From Eledone cirrhosa (taxonomy: Eukaryota), in the NCBI GenBank assembly GCA_964016885.1, contig OZ024743.1, forward strand, positions 126,232,001 through 126,296,000: DNA of 64,000 nt. Direction: 5' to 3'. A program made the position numbers and the translations under genes. Below the pieces are notes generated by a model. That model was not told the origin of the DNA. It saw only the letters and a program-made list of their open reading frames with translations, and searched no databases. This document shows positions 27,701 through 43,600 of this stretch, in pieces (positions within the stretch are counted from its first letter, which is position 1; each line of letters opens with the position of its first letter).

Positions 27701-30700
27701 CTACCATCACCAACACCAACACCACTACCACCAGCAACACCAACGCCACTACCACCAGCAACACCAACACCACTACCATCACCAACACCAACAGCACTAC
27801 CATCACCAACACCAACACCACTACCATCACCAACACCAACACCACTACCACCAGCAACACCAACACCACTACCACCAGCAACACCAACACCACTACCATC
27901 ACCAACACCACTACCATCACCATCACCAACACCAACACCACTACCATCACCAACACCAACACCACAACCACCAGCAACACCAACACCACTACCATCACCA
28001 ACACCAACACCACTACCACCAGCAACACCAACACCACTACCACTACCATCACCAACACCAACACCACTACCATCACCAACACCAACACCACTACCATCAC
28101 CAACACCAACACCACTACCATCACCAACACCAACACCACTACCACCAGCAACACCAACACCACTACCACCAGCAACACCAACACCACTACCATCACCAAC
28201 ACCACTACCATCACCATCACCAACACCAACACCACTACCATCACCAACACCAACACCACTACCACCAGCAACACCAACACCACTACCATCACCAACACCA
28301 ACACCACTACCACCAGCAACACCAACACCACTACCACCAGCAACACCAACACCACTACCATCACCATCACCAACACCAACACCACTACCATCACCAACAC
28401 CAACACCACTACCACCAGCAACACCAACACCACTACCATCACCAACACCAACACCACTACCACCAGCAACACCAACACCACTACCACCAGCAACACCAAC
28501 ACCACTACCATCACCAACACCAACACCACTACCATCACCAACACCAACACCACTACCATCACCAACACCAACACCACTACCAACACCACTACCACTACCA
28601 TCACCAACACCAACACCACTACCACCAGCAACACCAACACCACTACCACCAGCAGCACCAACACCACTACCATCACCAACACCAACACCACTACCATCAC
28701 CAACACCAACACCACTACCATCACCAACACCAACACCACTACCATCACCAACACCAACACCACTACCACCAGCAACACCAACACCACTACCACCAGCAAC
28801 ACCAACACCACTATCATCACCAACACCAACACCACTACCATCACCAACACCAACACCACTACCATCACCAACACCACTACCATCACCAACACCAACACCA
28901 CTACCATCACCAACACCAACACCACTACCATCACCAACACCAACACCACTACCAACACCACTACCACTACCATCACCAACACCAACACCACTACCACCAG
29001 CAACACCAACACCACTACCATCACCAACACCAACACCACTACCATCACCAACACCAACACCACTACCATCACCAACACCAACACCACTACCATCACCAAC
29101 ACCAACACCACTACCACCAGCAACACCAACACCACTACCACCAGCAACACCAACACCACTACCATCACCAACACCAACACCACTACCATCACCAACACCA
29201 ACACCACTACCATCACCAACACCAACACCACTACCATCACCAACACCAACACCACTACCATCACCAACACCAACACCACTACCATCACCCACACCAACAC
29301 CACTACCACCAGCAGCACCAACACCACTACCATCACCAACACCAACACCACTACCATCACCAACACCAACACCACTACCATCACCAACACCACTACCACC
29401 AGCAACACCAACACCACTACCATCACCAACACCAACACCACTACCATCACCAACACCAACACCACTACCATCACCAACACCAACACCACTACCATCACCA
29501 ACACCAACACCATTACCAACACCAACACCACTACCATCACCAACACCAACACCACTACCATCACCAACACCAACACCACTACCATCACCAACACCAACAC
29601 CACTACCATCACCAACACCAACACCACTACCATCACCAACACCACTACCATCACCAACACCAACACCACTACCATCACCAACACCAACACCACTACCATC
29701 ACCAACACCAACACCACTACCATCACCAACACCACTACCATCACCAACACCAACACCACTACCATCACCAACACCAACACCAACACCACTACCATCACCA
29801 ACACCAACACCATTACCAACACCAACACCACTACCACTACCATCACCAACACCAACACCACTACCATCACCAACACCAACACCACTACCATCACCAACAC
29901 CAACACCACTACCATCACCAACACCAACACCACTACCATCACCAACACCAACACCACTACCATCACCAACACCAACACCATTACCAACACCAACACCACT
30001 ACCATCACCAACACCAACACCAACACCATCACCAACACCAACACCACTACCATCACCAACACCAACACCACTACCATCACCAACACCAACACCACTACCA
30101 TCACCAACACCACTACCATCACCAACACCAACACCACTACCATCACCAACACCAACACCACTACCACCACCAACACCAACACCACTACCATCACCAACAC
30201 CAACACCACTACCATCACCAACACCAACACCACTACCATCACCAACACCAACACCACTACCATCACCAACACCAACACCACTACCATCACCAACACCAAC
30301 ACCACTACCACCAGCAACACCAACACCACTACCATCACCAACACCAACACCACTACCATCACCAACACCACTACCATCACCAACACCAACACCACTACCA
30401 TCACCAACACCAACACCACTACCATCACCAACACCAACACCACTACCATCACCAACACCAACACCACTACCACCAGCAACACCAACACCACTACCATCAC
30501 CAACACCAACACCACTACCAACACCAACACCACTACCACCAGCAACACCAACACCACTACCATCACCAACACCAACACCACTACCATCACCAACACCAAC
30601 ACCACTACCATCACCAACACCACTACCATCACCAACACCAACACCACTACCATCACCAACACCAACACCACTACCATCACCAACACCACTACCATCACCA

Positions 30701-33700
30701 ACACCAACACCACTACCATTACCAACACCAACACCATTACCAACACCAACACCACTACCACCAGCAACACCAACACCACTACCATTACCAACACCAACAC
30801 CACTACTACCAGCAACACCACTTCCACCAACACCAACACCACTACCATCACCAACACCACTACCATCACAAACACCACCAACACCACTACCATCACCAAC
30901 ACCACCAACACCACTACCAACACCACTACCATCACCAACACCAACACCAACACCACTACCATCACCAACACCAACACCACTACCATCACCAACACCACTA
31001 CCATCACCAACACCAACACCACTACCATCACCAACATCAACACCACTACCATCACCAACACCAACACCACTACCATCACCAACACCAACACCACTACCAC
31101 CAGCAACACCAACACCAACACCACTACCACCAGCAACACCAACACCACTACCATCACCAACACCAACACCACTACCATTACCAACACCACTACCATCACC
31201 AACACCAACACCAACACCATTACCATTACCAACACCAACACCACTACCACCAGCAACACCACTACCACCAACACCACTACCACCAGCAACACCAACACCA
31301 CTATCATCACCAACACCACTACCATCACCATCACCAACACCAACACCACTACCATCACCAACACCACTACCATCACCAACACCAACACCACTACCATCAC
31401 CAACACCAACACCACTACCATCACCAACACCAACACCACTACCATCACCAACACCAACACCACTACCACCAGCAACACCAACACCACTACCACCAGCAAC
31501 ACCAACACCACTACCATCACCAACACCACTACCATCACCATCACCAACACCAACACCACTACCATCACCAACACCAACACCACTACCACCAGCAACACCA
31601 ACACCACTACCATCACCAACACCAACACCACTACCACCAGCAACACCAACGCCACTACCACCAGCAACACCAACACCACTACCATCACCAACACCAACAG
31701 CACTACCATCACCAACACCAACACCACTACCATCACCAACACCAACACCACTACCACCAGCAACACCAACACCACTACCACCAGCAACACCAACACCACT
31801 ACCATCACCAACACCACTACCATCACCATCACCAACACCAACACCACTACCATCACCAACACCAACACCACTACCACCAGCAACACCAACACCACTACCA
31901 TCACCAACACCAACACCACTACCACCAGCAACACCAACACCACTACCACTACCATCACCAACACCAACACCACTACCATCACCAACACCAACACCACTAC
32001 CATCACCAACACCAACACCACTACCATCACCAACACCAACACCACTACCACCAGCAACACCAACACCACTACCACCAGCAACACCAACACCACTACCATC
32101 ACCAACACCACTACCATCACCATCACCAACACCAACACCACTACCATCACCAACACCAACACCACTACCACCAGCAACACCAACACCACTACCATCACCA
32201 ACACCAACACCACTACCACCAGCAACACCAACACCACTACCACCAGCAACACCAACACCACTACCATCACCATCACCAACACCAACACCACTACCATCAC
32301 CAACACCAACACCACTACCACCAGCAACACCAACACCACTACCATCACCAACACCAACACCACTACCACCAGCAACACCAACACCACTACCACCAGCAAC
32401 ACCAACACCACTACCATCACCAACACCAACACCACTACCATCACCAACACCAACACCACTACCATCACCAACACCAACACCACTACCAACACCACTACCA
32501 CTACCATCACCAACACCAACACCACTACCACCAGCAACACCAACACCACTACCACCAGCAACACCAACACCACTACCATCACCAACACCAACACCACTAC
32601 CATCACCAACACCAACACCACTACCATCACCAACACCAACACCACTACCATCACCAACACCAACACCACTACCACCAGCAACACCAACACCACTACCACC
32701 AGCAACACCAACACCACTACCATCACCAACACCAACACCACTACCATCACCAACACCAACACCACTACCATCACCAACACCACTACCATCACCAACACCA
32801 ACACCACTACCATCACCAACACCAACACCACTACCATCACCAACACCAACACCACTACCAACACCACTACCACTACCATCACCAACACCAACACCACTAC
32901 CACCAGCAACACCAACACCACTACCATCACCAACACCAACACCACTACCATCACCAACACCAACACCACTACCATCACCAACACCAACACCACTACCATC
33001 ACCAACACCAACACCACTACCACCAGCAACACCAACACCACTACCACCAGCAACACCAACACCACTACCATCACCAACACCAACACCACTACCATCACCA
33101 ACACCAACACCACTACCATCACCAACACCAACACCACTACCATCACCAACACCAACACCACTACCATCACCAACACCAACACCACTACCATCACCCACAC
33201 CAACACCACTACCACCAGCAGCACCAACACCACTACCATCACCAACACCAACACCACTACCATCACCAACACCAACACCACTACCATCACCAACACCACT
33301 ACCACCAGCAACACCAACACCACTACCATCACCAACACCAACACCACTACCATCACCAACACCAACACCACTACCATCACCAACACCAACACCACTACCA
33401 TCACCAACACCAACACCATTACCAACACCAACACCACTACCATCACCAACACCAACACCACTACCATCACCAACACCAACACCACTACCATCACCAACAC
33501 CAACACCACTACCATCACCAACACCAACACCACTACCATCACCAACACCACTACCATCACCAACACCAACACCACTACCATCACCAACACCAACACCACT
33601 ACCATCACCAACACCAACACCACTACCATCACCAACACCACTACCATCACCAACACCAACACCACTACCATCACCAACACCAACACCAACACCACTACCA

Positions 33701-35320
33701 TCACCAACACCAACACCATTACCAACACCAACACCACTACCACTACCATCACCAACACCAACACCACTACCATCACCAACACCAACACCACTACCATCAC
33801 CAACACCAACACCACTACCATCACCAACACCAACACCACTACCATCACCAACACCAACACCACTACCATCACCAACACCAACACCATTACCAACACCAAC
33901 ACCACTACCATCACCAACACCAACACCAACACCATCACCAACACCAACACCACTACCATCACCAACACCAACACCACTACCATCACCAACACCAACACCA
34001 CTACCATCACCAACACCACTACCATCACCAACACCAACACCACTACCATCACCAACACCAACACCACTACCACCACCAACACCAACACCACTACCATCAC
34101 CAACACCAACACCACTACCATCACCAACACCAACACCACTACCATCACCAACACCAACACCACTACCATCACCAACACCAACACCACTACCATCACCAAC
34201 ACCAACACCACTACCACCAGCAACACCAACACCACTACCATCACCAACACCAACACCACTACCATCACCAACACCACTACCATCACCAACACCAACACCA
34301 CTACCATCACCAACACCAACACCACTACCATCACCAACACCAACACCACTACCATCACCAACACCAACACCACTACCACCAGCAACACCAACACCACTAC
34401 CATCACCAACACCAACACCACTACCAACACCAACACCACTACCACCAGCAACACCAACACCACTACCATCACCAACACCAACACCACTACCATCACCAAC
34501 ACCAACACCACTACCATCACCAACACCACTACCATCACCAACACCAACACCACTACCATCACCAACACCAACACCACTACCATCACCAACACCACTACCA
34601 TCACCAACACCAACACCACTACCATTACCAACACCAACACCATTACCAACACCAACACCACTACCACCAGCAACACCAACACCACTACCATTACCAACAC
34701 CAACACCACTACTACCAGCAACACCACTTCCACCAACACCAACACCACTACCATCACCAACACCACTACCATCACCAACACCACCAACACCACTACCATC
34801 ACCAACACCACCAACACCACTACCAACACCACTACCATCACCAACACCACCAACACCACTACCAACACCACTACCATCACCAACACCACCAACACCACTA
34901 CCATCACCAACACCACCATCGCCACTACCAACACCACTACCATCACCAACACCACTACCATCACCAACACCACCAACACCACTACCATCACCAACACCAC
35001 CATCGCCACTACCAACACCACTACCATCACCAACACCACTACCATCACCAACACCACCAACACCACTACCAACACCACTACCATCACCAACACCACCAAC
35101 ACCACTACCATCACCAACACCACCATCGCCACTACCAACACCACTACCATCACCAACACCACTACCATCACCAACACCACCAACACCACTACCAACACCA
35201 CTACCATCACCAACACCACCAACACCACTACCAACACCACTACCATCACCAACACCACCATCGCCACCACCAACACCACCAACACCACCAACACCACCAC
35301 CACCAACACTACCACCAACT
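21767..35320. repeat. 13.5-kb CCA-derived compound satellite (24-bp core) with higher-order repeats
   Basis: Core ccatcaccaacaccaacaccacta and variant ccaccagcaacaccaacaccacta. Rare variants recur at 3543- and 3906-bp spacings. Confidence 0.97.
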
Positions 35321-35500
35321 ACTTTTGGCACGAGGCCAGCAATTACCCAAGGCATTGCTGGTACTTTATTTTATCGACCTCGTAAGGATGAAAGGCAAAG
35401 TTAACCTCGGCAGGATTTGAACTCAGAACATAAAGGGACGTAACTCTTTGCTGCGCAGCAAGGTGTGTGACGCTCTACTGATTCTGCCAGTCCACCGCCC
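35321..35500 (-). mobile_element. Nin-domain SINE whose 3' tail abuts the satellite
   Basis: acttttggcacgaggccagc..taaggatgaaaggcaaagttaacctcgg..gatttgaactc..ccaccgccc. Confidence 0.85.
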
Positions 35501-35621
35501 TGAATAATGCCTGGTGATTATCGATCCACTGTATCTGATGAGAAAATGGAATGGTCATGGCTGAAACATATTGATCATAGGTCTGCTTGATTATGGCTGA
35601 CCAGGGGTTAAACAACATAAT

Positions 35622-35845
35622 GGTTTCAGATTTAGGCACAAGGCCAGCAATTTGGGTGGGTGGAAGGAGGGAGGGAAAATCGATTAAATTGACCCCAGTG
35701 CATTTCTTGTCCTTTATTTTATTGACTCCGTAAGGATGAAAGGCAAAGCTAACCTCAGCAGGATTTGAACTCAGAACGTAAAGGGCCATAACTCTATGCC
35801 GCGAAGTATGTTGTCCAACATTCTACCAATTCTGCCAATCCACTG
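35622..35845 (-). mobile_element. Nin-domain SINE
   Basis: Same Nin, B-box and tail motifs. Confidence 0.8.
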
Positions 35846-36224
35846 GGGTGAAACAACATAATACAAACCTTCTATTACACTCTCACTGTTGTTGCTCTAT
35901 CTATTGCAATAAATCTCCTCTGACATTAAAAATATCATTCTGGCATTATGTCTACTCCAGACAAGAAGATTAACAAGAACAATAAGTGTAACAACAACAA
36001 CATCAACACAATCATTTTACCGCCACCACCACCACCACCACCAACACCACTATCATAACTGCTTACAATTACAATAGCCAACACTAACATCAGTAAAAAA
36101 ATCAAGCAATATAAATGTCATTTTAGAATACACATTGATATTTACTCTAAAAATATAAATGTAAATATGAATATATATATGTGTGTGTGAGTATGTGTGT
36201 GTATATATATATATATGTATATAT

Positions 36225-36296
<72 letters not shown>

Positions 36297-36809
36297 GTGT
36301 GTGTGTGTGAGTATGTGTATATATATATACACACATAAACACATATATACATAATATACATATATAAACCATGAAATAATAAAAAGTAATACTATTAGAT
36401 CAATAGAAAAATATTAATAATTTAATAATAAAAATAAACCTAGTAACTACATTAACCTCCCTCCCTCACAAGGAATGTAAAACAAAACAAAAAATACACA
36501 TATATGAAATGTAAGAGGGGGTGAAAGAAAGAAAGACACGGCTAATGAATTCATTATGGCTGACATTTTCTAACGAGAAACAACAAAAGACAACATTCTA
36601 CCCAACAAGGCACAGTAATAATTAATTGGTGATCAGGAGATAAAAACATGCAAACTTTTCATCTAAAACATGACAATTAGGATTACTAAATGGATGTTTT
36701 ATATTAATTTACCTTGTTCTTTGTAATTGATATTATTATTGTTGTTTAGTGTTTTGTTGGGGATTTTTTCTTCTTCATGTTGTTCTGTGAGATGCTTAAT
36801 GGTATAGTG

Positions 36810-37105
36810 GTCATCATTACCACCACTAACACCACCATCACAACCTCTACCACCACCACTGCCACAGCCACCACCAACACCATCACAACCTCTACCACCA
36901 CCACTGCCACAGCCACCACCAACACCATCACAACCTCTACCAACACCACTACTACATCCACACCACATCCCGGCCACCAGCACCAACACCATCACAACCA
37001 CTACCAACACCACGACCACCACATCCCCACCACCACCATTACAACCAATACCAACACCACCACATCCCCACCATTGCCAACAACAACACAACACCACAAC
37101 CACCA
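36810..37105. repeat. (CCA/ACA)-rich low-complexity repeat with a 42-bp tandem unit
   Basis: caccatcacaacctctaccaccaccactgccacagccaccaccaa repeated about 2.5 times. Confidence 0.85.
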
Positions 37106-37515
37106 GTTTTTTATGATCAGAAGGCCATTTTAAAGGCCATTTTCCTGATAAAGCTGGGGCTTACCCTTACAGGCCCTAGGACAGACTTTATACTCATCGT
37201 GGGTTCCTTTTTTTAGGCAATGTTTTACAGCCAGATGCTCTTCCTGATGCCTAACCTTTTAAACCACCTTCTTTGACTTACAAGGATACAATGTACCCAT
37301 TCTAAATTGGTTACACACAGTATTTGTTAGTAACACACTGATGAGGATTATGAGTCTAATAAGGACAGGAAATATTTGAGACCCAATCAGTAGCTGGTCC
37401 TTATCTACAAACCTTAGGTGTACTTCAAATGCATCAAAATAAAAAAAATCTTGCTAACTATCCAAGTCTCAATGTGGTCACTGAAACCAAGAAATAGCAG
37501 CCAAATTTACCTTAC

Positions 37516-37714
37516 CCCTTTAGTATTTACATTACTCTATATTTACTATTATATTTTTATGGTAAAGGCTTTACCTCACATAAATATCAAATATATGAGA
37601 TTTCGATATTATTTATTTTGAGAAAAATACCTTAACGTCAGTACGAGCAGCTAGTTATGGCCAGTTCAAACAGAAAGAGGTGAGAGAATTCTGGTCAGTT
37701 TAAATGTTAAAAGG
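37516..37714 (+). mobile_element. piggyBac-like MITE
   Basis: ccctttagtattta...taaatgttaaaagg TIRs with ttac/ttaa flanks. Confidence 0.7.
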
Positions 37715-37749
37715 TTAAATCATACTCTACAGTCTTAGAAACAAATAAT

Positions 37750-37938
37750 TGTTTCTACTTTTGGCACAAGGCCAGCAAATACCCAGTGCGTTACTGGTAC
37801 TTTATTTTATCGACCCGGTAAGGATGAAAGGCAAAGTTAACCTCGGCGGGATTTGAACTCAGAATAGCGAGGGCCGTAACTCTATATGTCAAAGCATGGC
37901 GTCCGACCCTCTACCGATACTGCCAATCCACCGCCCTT
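37750..37938 (-). mobile_element. Full-length Nin-domain SINE with 15-bp TSD
   Basis: ttagaaacaaataat at 37735-37749 and 37939-37953. Confidence 0.92.
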
Positions 37939-38739
37939 TTAGAAACAAATAATGTAATTTAAGTAGATGATACTTGAAAAACAAGGTGGGATGGATATTG
38001 TTGGAATGCTTAATTAAGGTTGGTCTGGAGTTAAAAAAACAACACTTGCTTTCTATTACTTCTAGTACCTTTATAACAAGTTTTTCTCCTCTGAACTATC
38101 ACTTTATGTATGTGTTCAGCATTATTTTCTTGTACTTCCAACTATGTTTCAACGAAATCCTGGACTAAAAGCTTTGCCTAACCATTCCTTTCCTGAGGTA
38201 CAATACTCAGGAATTCCCTACAGTTTTCCTACAGGCATTACAGAATATCAACTGCATTAATCTCAATACTATACTAGAATAACTTACAAAAAGTTATGGA
38301 AATCCTACCTCTCTTCAATTTCTTAATTACTGTTTAATCAGTGATCACATCACTTTTTAGAACCTCTAAAACTGGTGGGAGGGAGGAAGGTAGCCCCAAA
38401 CTGCAGATGTGAAGACTGATAAAGGCACAAAAGGGCCAGGTGGTGGTGATGAAATAGGTGAAGGATTAAACCTACCACCCAAGTAGGCCACAGCAAGATT
38501 TGAACACAGAACACAAAGAGCTGGAACAAATAGTGCAAGGCATCTTGACTGAAGCTCTGATGATTCTGTCAATCAACCCCATCGAACCAGTAATTTATTT
38601 TATCAACCTGGAAAGGAGGAAAGGCATAGCTAAGTTCAGTGAGATTTCAACTCAGAGTAAAAGAAACAGAATAAATGCCACAAGGTATTTTGTCCTATGC
38701 ACTAATGGCTCTCCCACTGTGCTGCCTTATTAATAAAAA

Positions 38740-39060
38740 TGGTTTCTAATTTAGGCACATGGCTAACAATTTGAAGGGGAGGAAGAAAGTCAATCAAATC
38801 AACCCCAGTGCATTTTTTGGTGCTTTATTTATCAACCCTGTACGGATAAAAGGCAAAGCTAACCTCGGCAGGATTTAAGGTCAGAACATAACTTTATGCT
38901 GCTAAGCATGTTGTCTGATGCTCTACCAATATTGCCAGTCCACCAACAAAAATAATTGATTAATAATTGTTTCTACTTTTGGCACAAGGCCAGCAATTAC
39001 CCAGTACATTACTGGTACTTTATTTTATCAACTCTGTAAGGATGAAAGGCAAAGTTAACT
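38740..39060 (-). mobile_element. Two adjacent Nin-domain SINEs
   Basis: Two copies of tail plus aaggcaaag(c/t)taac. Confidence 0.8.
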
Positions 39061-39131
39061 ATTTATAATAAAACAAAAAAAAGAAAAGGGGAAAATATTT
39101 CAGGTTCAAATTCAAAGTACATTTTCTTTAC

Positions 39132-39313
39132 CTCATGCATAATGAAGTCATTGTTCTCGTCACTACTACACTCTGTTTCAGAACTGTCTGTACTAGGGAC
39201 AAAAGTTTCAGAATTTTCTGAAGAATCCGAACTTTCATCTGTTGTTGTCAGCTGCAGATCATAACCAATATCTGATACTTCCATTGTATTCAATGTTGAT
39301 ACTAACACATTAT
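39132..39313 (-). CDS. PARP8: PARP6/PARP8-like exon 2: (D)NVLVSTLNTMEVSD...SSDENNDFIMHE (acidic linker)
   Basis: gtgttgcag acceptor, gtaaag donor, 182 nt, phase 1 to 0. Joining to exon 1 gives VSEDYP-DNVLVST, like recalled PARP8 VSEDYPDNTYVSS. Confidence 0.88.
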
Positions 39314-39566
39314 CTGCAACACAAAGTGTTAAAGAAAAAAAATGGTTTTGTCTGTTAGATTAGATTCTACTAGAATTACAAGTATATGTTGGTCAAGGGA
39401 GAAGAAGAGAGGGTTTAAGATTGAATGAAGAGGTGCAGAGAGAAGGAGAATGAGAGAGCTGCTCTAACCAGCAGTAATAGTGGAAACGTGGAACAAAATG
39501 CATTTTTTGTACGATTTTGAAATATGTGCAAAAAAAACTAAAAAAACAGAGCAATGAATATAATAT

Positions 39567-39780
39567 TGGTTTCTTATATAGGCACAAGGCCATCAACTTT
39601 CGAGGAGGGGAAAGTCGATCAAATCGACCCCAGTGCGTGACTGGTACTTTATTTTATCGACCCCGTAAGGATGAAAGGCAAAGTCAACCTCGGCGGGATT
39701 TGAACTCAGATCGTAAAGGGACGTAACTATGCTGGAAAGCATGGTGTCCAACCCCCTACCGATACTGCCAATCCACCGCC
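39567..39780 (-). mobile_element. Nin-domain SINE, full length
   Basis: Complete head, Nin domain and tail, next to (aat)n. Confidence 0.88.
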
Positions 39781-39797
39781 AATAATAATAATAATAA

Positions 39798-40040
39798 TGA
39801 TTTCATTTATTGGCCACAAGGGCCGACATGTAGGGGACAATACAAAGACAGGGACAGTGGGGGTTTACAATAAGGTCGAGTAAAAGTGCACAATGGCAAG
39901 ACTAATTTAACAATGAAGATATACAAATATAAAATAAACTATGTATAAATATAACAAAAAATAAATAAATTCCCCTATCGGGGGTAGACAACCCAGGGGT
40001 GACTCAGGTACCCCACCAATCCTGAACCACCCTGCACGTA
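39798..40040 (-). mobile_element. L1/Tx1 3'UTR
   Basis: Minus-strand gcccttgtggccaataaatgaaatc + (att)n tail, as at 5800-6458 and 10615. Confidence 0.7.
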
Positions 40041-40592
40041 GAATTTTTGTTTAATACAAATCTTAAATATTACTGTCCTTTTTTCCCCATTTTTCCCCCA
40101 TTTTTTTTCCCCTTCATAAAGATAAGAGTGTGTTTTATGCACCAGTGAATTTTATAAAACCTCAATATTCTACTTATTTCATAAAGTTAGCAAATTTTAA
40201 TAAATTTGTTCACTATGGGGAGACATGGATTCTAACATTTTGACCACAGCAATTTTGGAAAAAAGAAAGACAGAAACATGTGTTAAACTTTTATCTTTAA
40301 AGAAGGGCAGCTCTGTTTAAAACATTAGAATTCTCATCTTCTCATGGCATATATGGTTATTTGAATTAGCAAATTGATCATTAACTGATTTTTGCCAGTC
40401 CTTTTATGAATGTGTAAGATTAGTATGCATGAATGACAACGCACAGATTAGTTGAAGGAAAGACTAGATATAAGAGCTATCAGATGTAATGTGCAAGAGG
40501 GAAGATTACAACATTTTTATAATCCATAGTCGTAGAATATTTAGAAATACTGAGAGAAATTACCAAGTTAGCTAGATGGCATTATATGTTAT

Positions 40593-40625
<33 letters not shown>

Positions 40626-40628
<3 letters not shown>

Positions 40629-43600
40629 TCATCATCATCATCAACGTTTAACGTCCGTGTTCCACGCTTGCATGGGTTTGGACGGGGGTAGTCCCACTTG
40701 AGGCAAGAGTGATTGTCTTGCTCGCATAGGACTGTCTGGCAGGTTTTCTACAGTTGGATGCCCTTCCTAACACCAACCACATTTACAGTGTGGGTCTGGG
40801 AGGTTTTTACCGTGTTGCCTACACGGCCACATTACAGCGTGGACTGTGTGTTTTTTTGTCGTGACACCTACACGATCTCATTTGTTTCGGCCCGGATGGC
40901 GCGGCACCAACATAACTTTACATAGGACGGGGTGGTGTGGATGGGGTGGGGGTGGTGGTGGTGGGACGGGGTGTATTTTGTTAGAGATGCCTACTGGCAA
41001 GGCGGGTCTTCTCTGTTACTGAGTACCGCCAAAGGTCTCGGTCCAGTGACATTGTCTTGGAGAGGTGTAAGTGTGTGAGGTCGGAGTTTATCAGCTCGTC
41101 CCAGGTTTTTCTAGGTCTGCCTATTCCGTGGCTACCGTCTATCTTTATTGCCCTGCACTTTGTTATACAGCTATCGACTTTCATGCGCATCACGTGTCCA
41201 TACCAACGTAGCCTTCTCTCGAGTAAACAACATCTGATCCCTCTTATCTCTAATTTTTTCCTTAGTTCGTTTATGCTTTGCCGTTCACGTATATTACTGT
41301 TACACATCCAGCGGAGCATGCAAGCTTCGTTCCTCTCTAGTCTGCGTATATCCTCTGCACACAATGCCCAGGTCTCACTGCCATGCAACATTGCTGTTCG
41401 TATGCAGGCATCGTACAACCTGCCTTTCATTTTTAGGGAGAACCCTTTAGCAGCTAATAGTGGTATAAGCTCTCTGAACTTTTTCCAACCAGTTCTGACT
41501 CTAGCTACAGTACTTTCAGAGCACCCTCCCCCACTGCTGATTTTATCGCCCAGGTAACGGAAGCTGTCCACTATTTCTATAGAACCCTCTGCGCAATTGA
41601 AAGAGCTAGTATTGTGTGGGCACTTGCTGCTACTTATTGCACCAGAACACCGGCCACATGTAAAATCTATGTTCTTAGTTAGCTTACCTGTGATCCCACT
41701 ACATCTTTTATGCACCCATACTTTGCATTTAGGACACAAAATGGAGTTTCTACCTACGCCTTTCCTACACACCGAGCACGACCATTTCCCAGAAGGGACC
41801 GCCGCCTTGTTTTCTTTCCTACAAACTAGAACTTTGGTCTTAGCCAGGTTAATTTTAAGTCCTTTTGACTCTAGGCCGTGCTTCCATGTTTGGAATTTCT
41901 TCTCTAGCTCGGCCATTGATTCCGCTATGAGTGTCAGGTCGTCTGCGTATAGGAGTTCCCATGGGCAGCCTGTCTTGAACTCCTCTGTTATAGCCTGAAG
42001 GGCAATAATAAATAGTAGGGGGCTGAGAACAGAGCCCTGATGGACGCCAACTTTTACGCTAAACTCTTCACTATATTCGTTGTTAATTCTAACCTTGCTG
42101 ACTGTTTCTTTATACATGGCTTGTATAGCCCTCACAAGCCATTCGTCAACGCCTAGTTTTCTAAGAGCCCACCAGATAATGGAGCGGGGGACTCTGTCGA
42201 AGGCTTTCTCCAAGTCGACAAAAGCTAAGTAGAGGGGTTTACCTTTAGCTAGGTACTTCTCCTGTAGTTGTCGTACTATGAAAAGAGCGTCTGTGGTACT
42301 TTTGCCTGACACAAACCCGAACTGCATTTCATCTAGGTCAATTCTCTCTCTGATTAGTTGCGCTATTACTTTTTCTGTGACCTTCATGACCTGGTCGATT
42401 AATTTAATGCCTCTATAGTTACTCCTATCTAGGGCGTCTCCTTTACCCTTATAACAGTTAACGATGATGCTGCTATGCCAGTCCTTCGGAACAGCCCCAT
42501 TCTGTACGACTTGGTTAACTATGCGGGTGACCATGGTGTGTCCCACCGTGCCAGATGCCTTCAGCATCTCAGCAACTATTTCCGAAGGCCCAGCCGCCTT
42601 ACCTGTCTTCATATCCTTGATTGCCTTACTTATTATACTCCCCTCGACTAACACTGCTGGTCCCTCTATTGGGTCGACATGGGGGAGACTGTCTTTCTCC
42701 CATTTATTCTCCTCATTTAGTAGCCTTTCATAGTGACACTTCCAAGCTGCCTTCTTATCAGTGTCGGTGATGGCAAGTATGCCATCATCGTTAAGTACAC
42801 ACTTCTCCCCGACAATATCACGGTTTTCCTTGACGCATTGCCTAGCAATCCTGAACACCTCACGTTTTTGGTCATCGCGTTGTAGGACATGCTTGAACTT
42901 TCTTTCCTCAGCTTCCCTTCTTGCTAAGTACACTTCTCTCCTAGCTTCCCTCCTGGCCACTTGATAGTCTACTCTACTTCCCCCATCCCGCCATACTTTC
43001 CAAGCCTGCTTTTTGGCCTTAATTGACTCCTCCACCTTACTGTTCCACCACCATGTTACTCTCCTCCTGCCTACAGGCCTGCTCCAGCCACAGACTTCGT
43101 CTGTGGCCAACAGCAGGTTTGCTTTCAGAAATTCCCACTGTCCCTCTATATTGTCCGACTCTAAGTGTTCTTCCTTACTGTCGAAAGCATCAAGTAATAT
43201 GTTTTGAAATTTATTTTTGGCTGTGGGGTCCTTTAGCTTCCATATTTTTCTCCTGAGGATAGTCCTCTTCTGCTGTCGAGTACGTCTCGACCTGACTATG
43301 AGGTCGCTAATTATCAGTCTATGTTGGGAGGTGCATTCTTCATGGGGGAGGGATTTAGTGTTTACAACAGACACTCTGTCACGTCTTCTGGTAAGGATAT
43401 AATCTACCTGGCTTGTGTGTTCCCCGGATCTATAGGTGATCAGGTGATTGTCACGTTTTTTGAAGTTAGTGTTACAGATAGTTAGGTTATTTGCATCACA
43501 GAATTCCAGGATTCTGGAGCCTTCCTCATTTCTAGTACCAAACCCATAGCCTCCATGGATTTCGTCGTAGCCGTCACAATGTTGCCCAACGTGACCATTT

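Noticed and set aside
21568-35404. Three ~4500-aa ORFs (mucin/extensin-like, Gly-Val silk-like, poly-Val)
   Set aside because: Several frames on both strands are open because of triplet composition. Nearly all plus-frame codons end in A, there is no signal peptide or domain, the ORF ends run into a SINE, and the region lies in a PARP intron.
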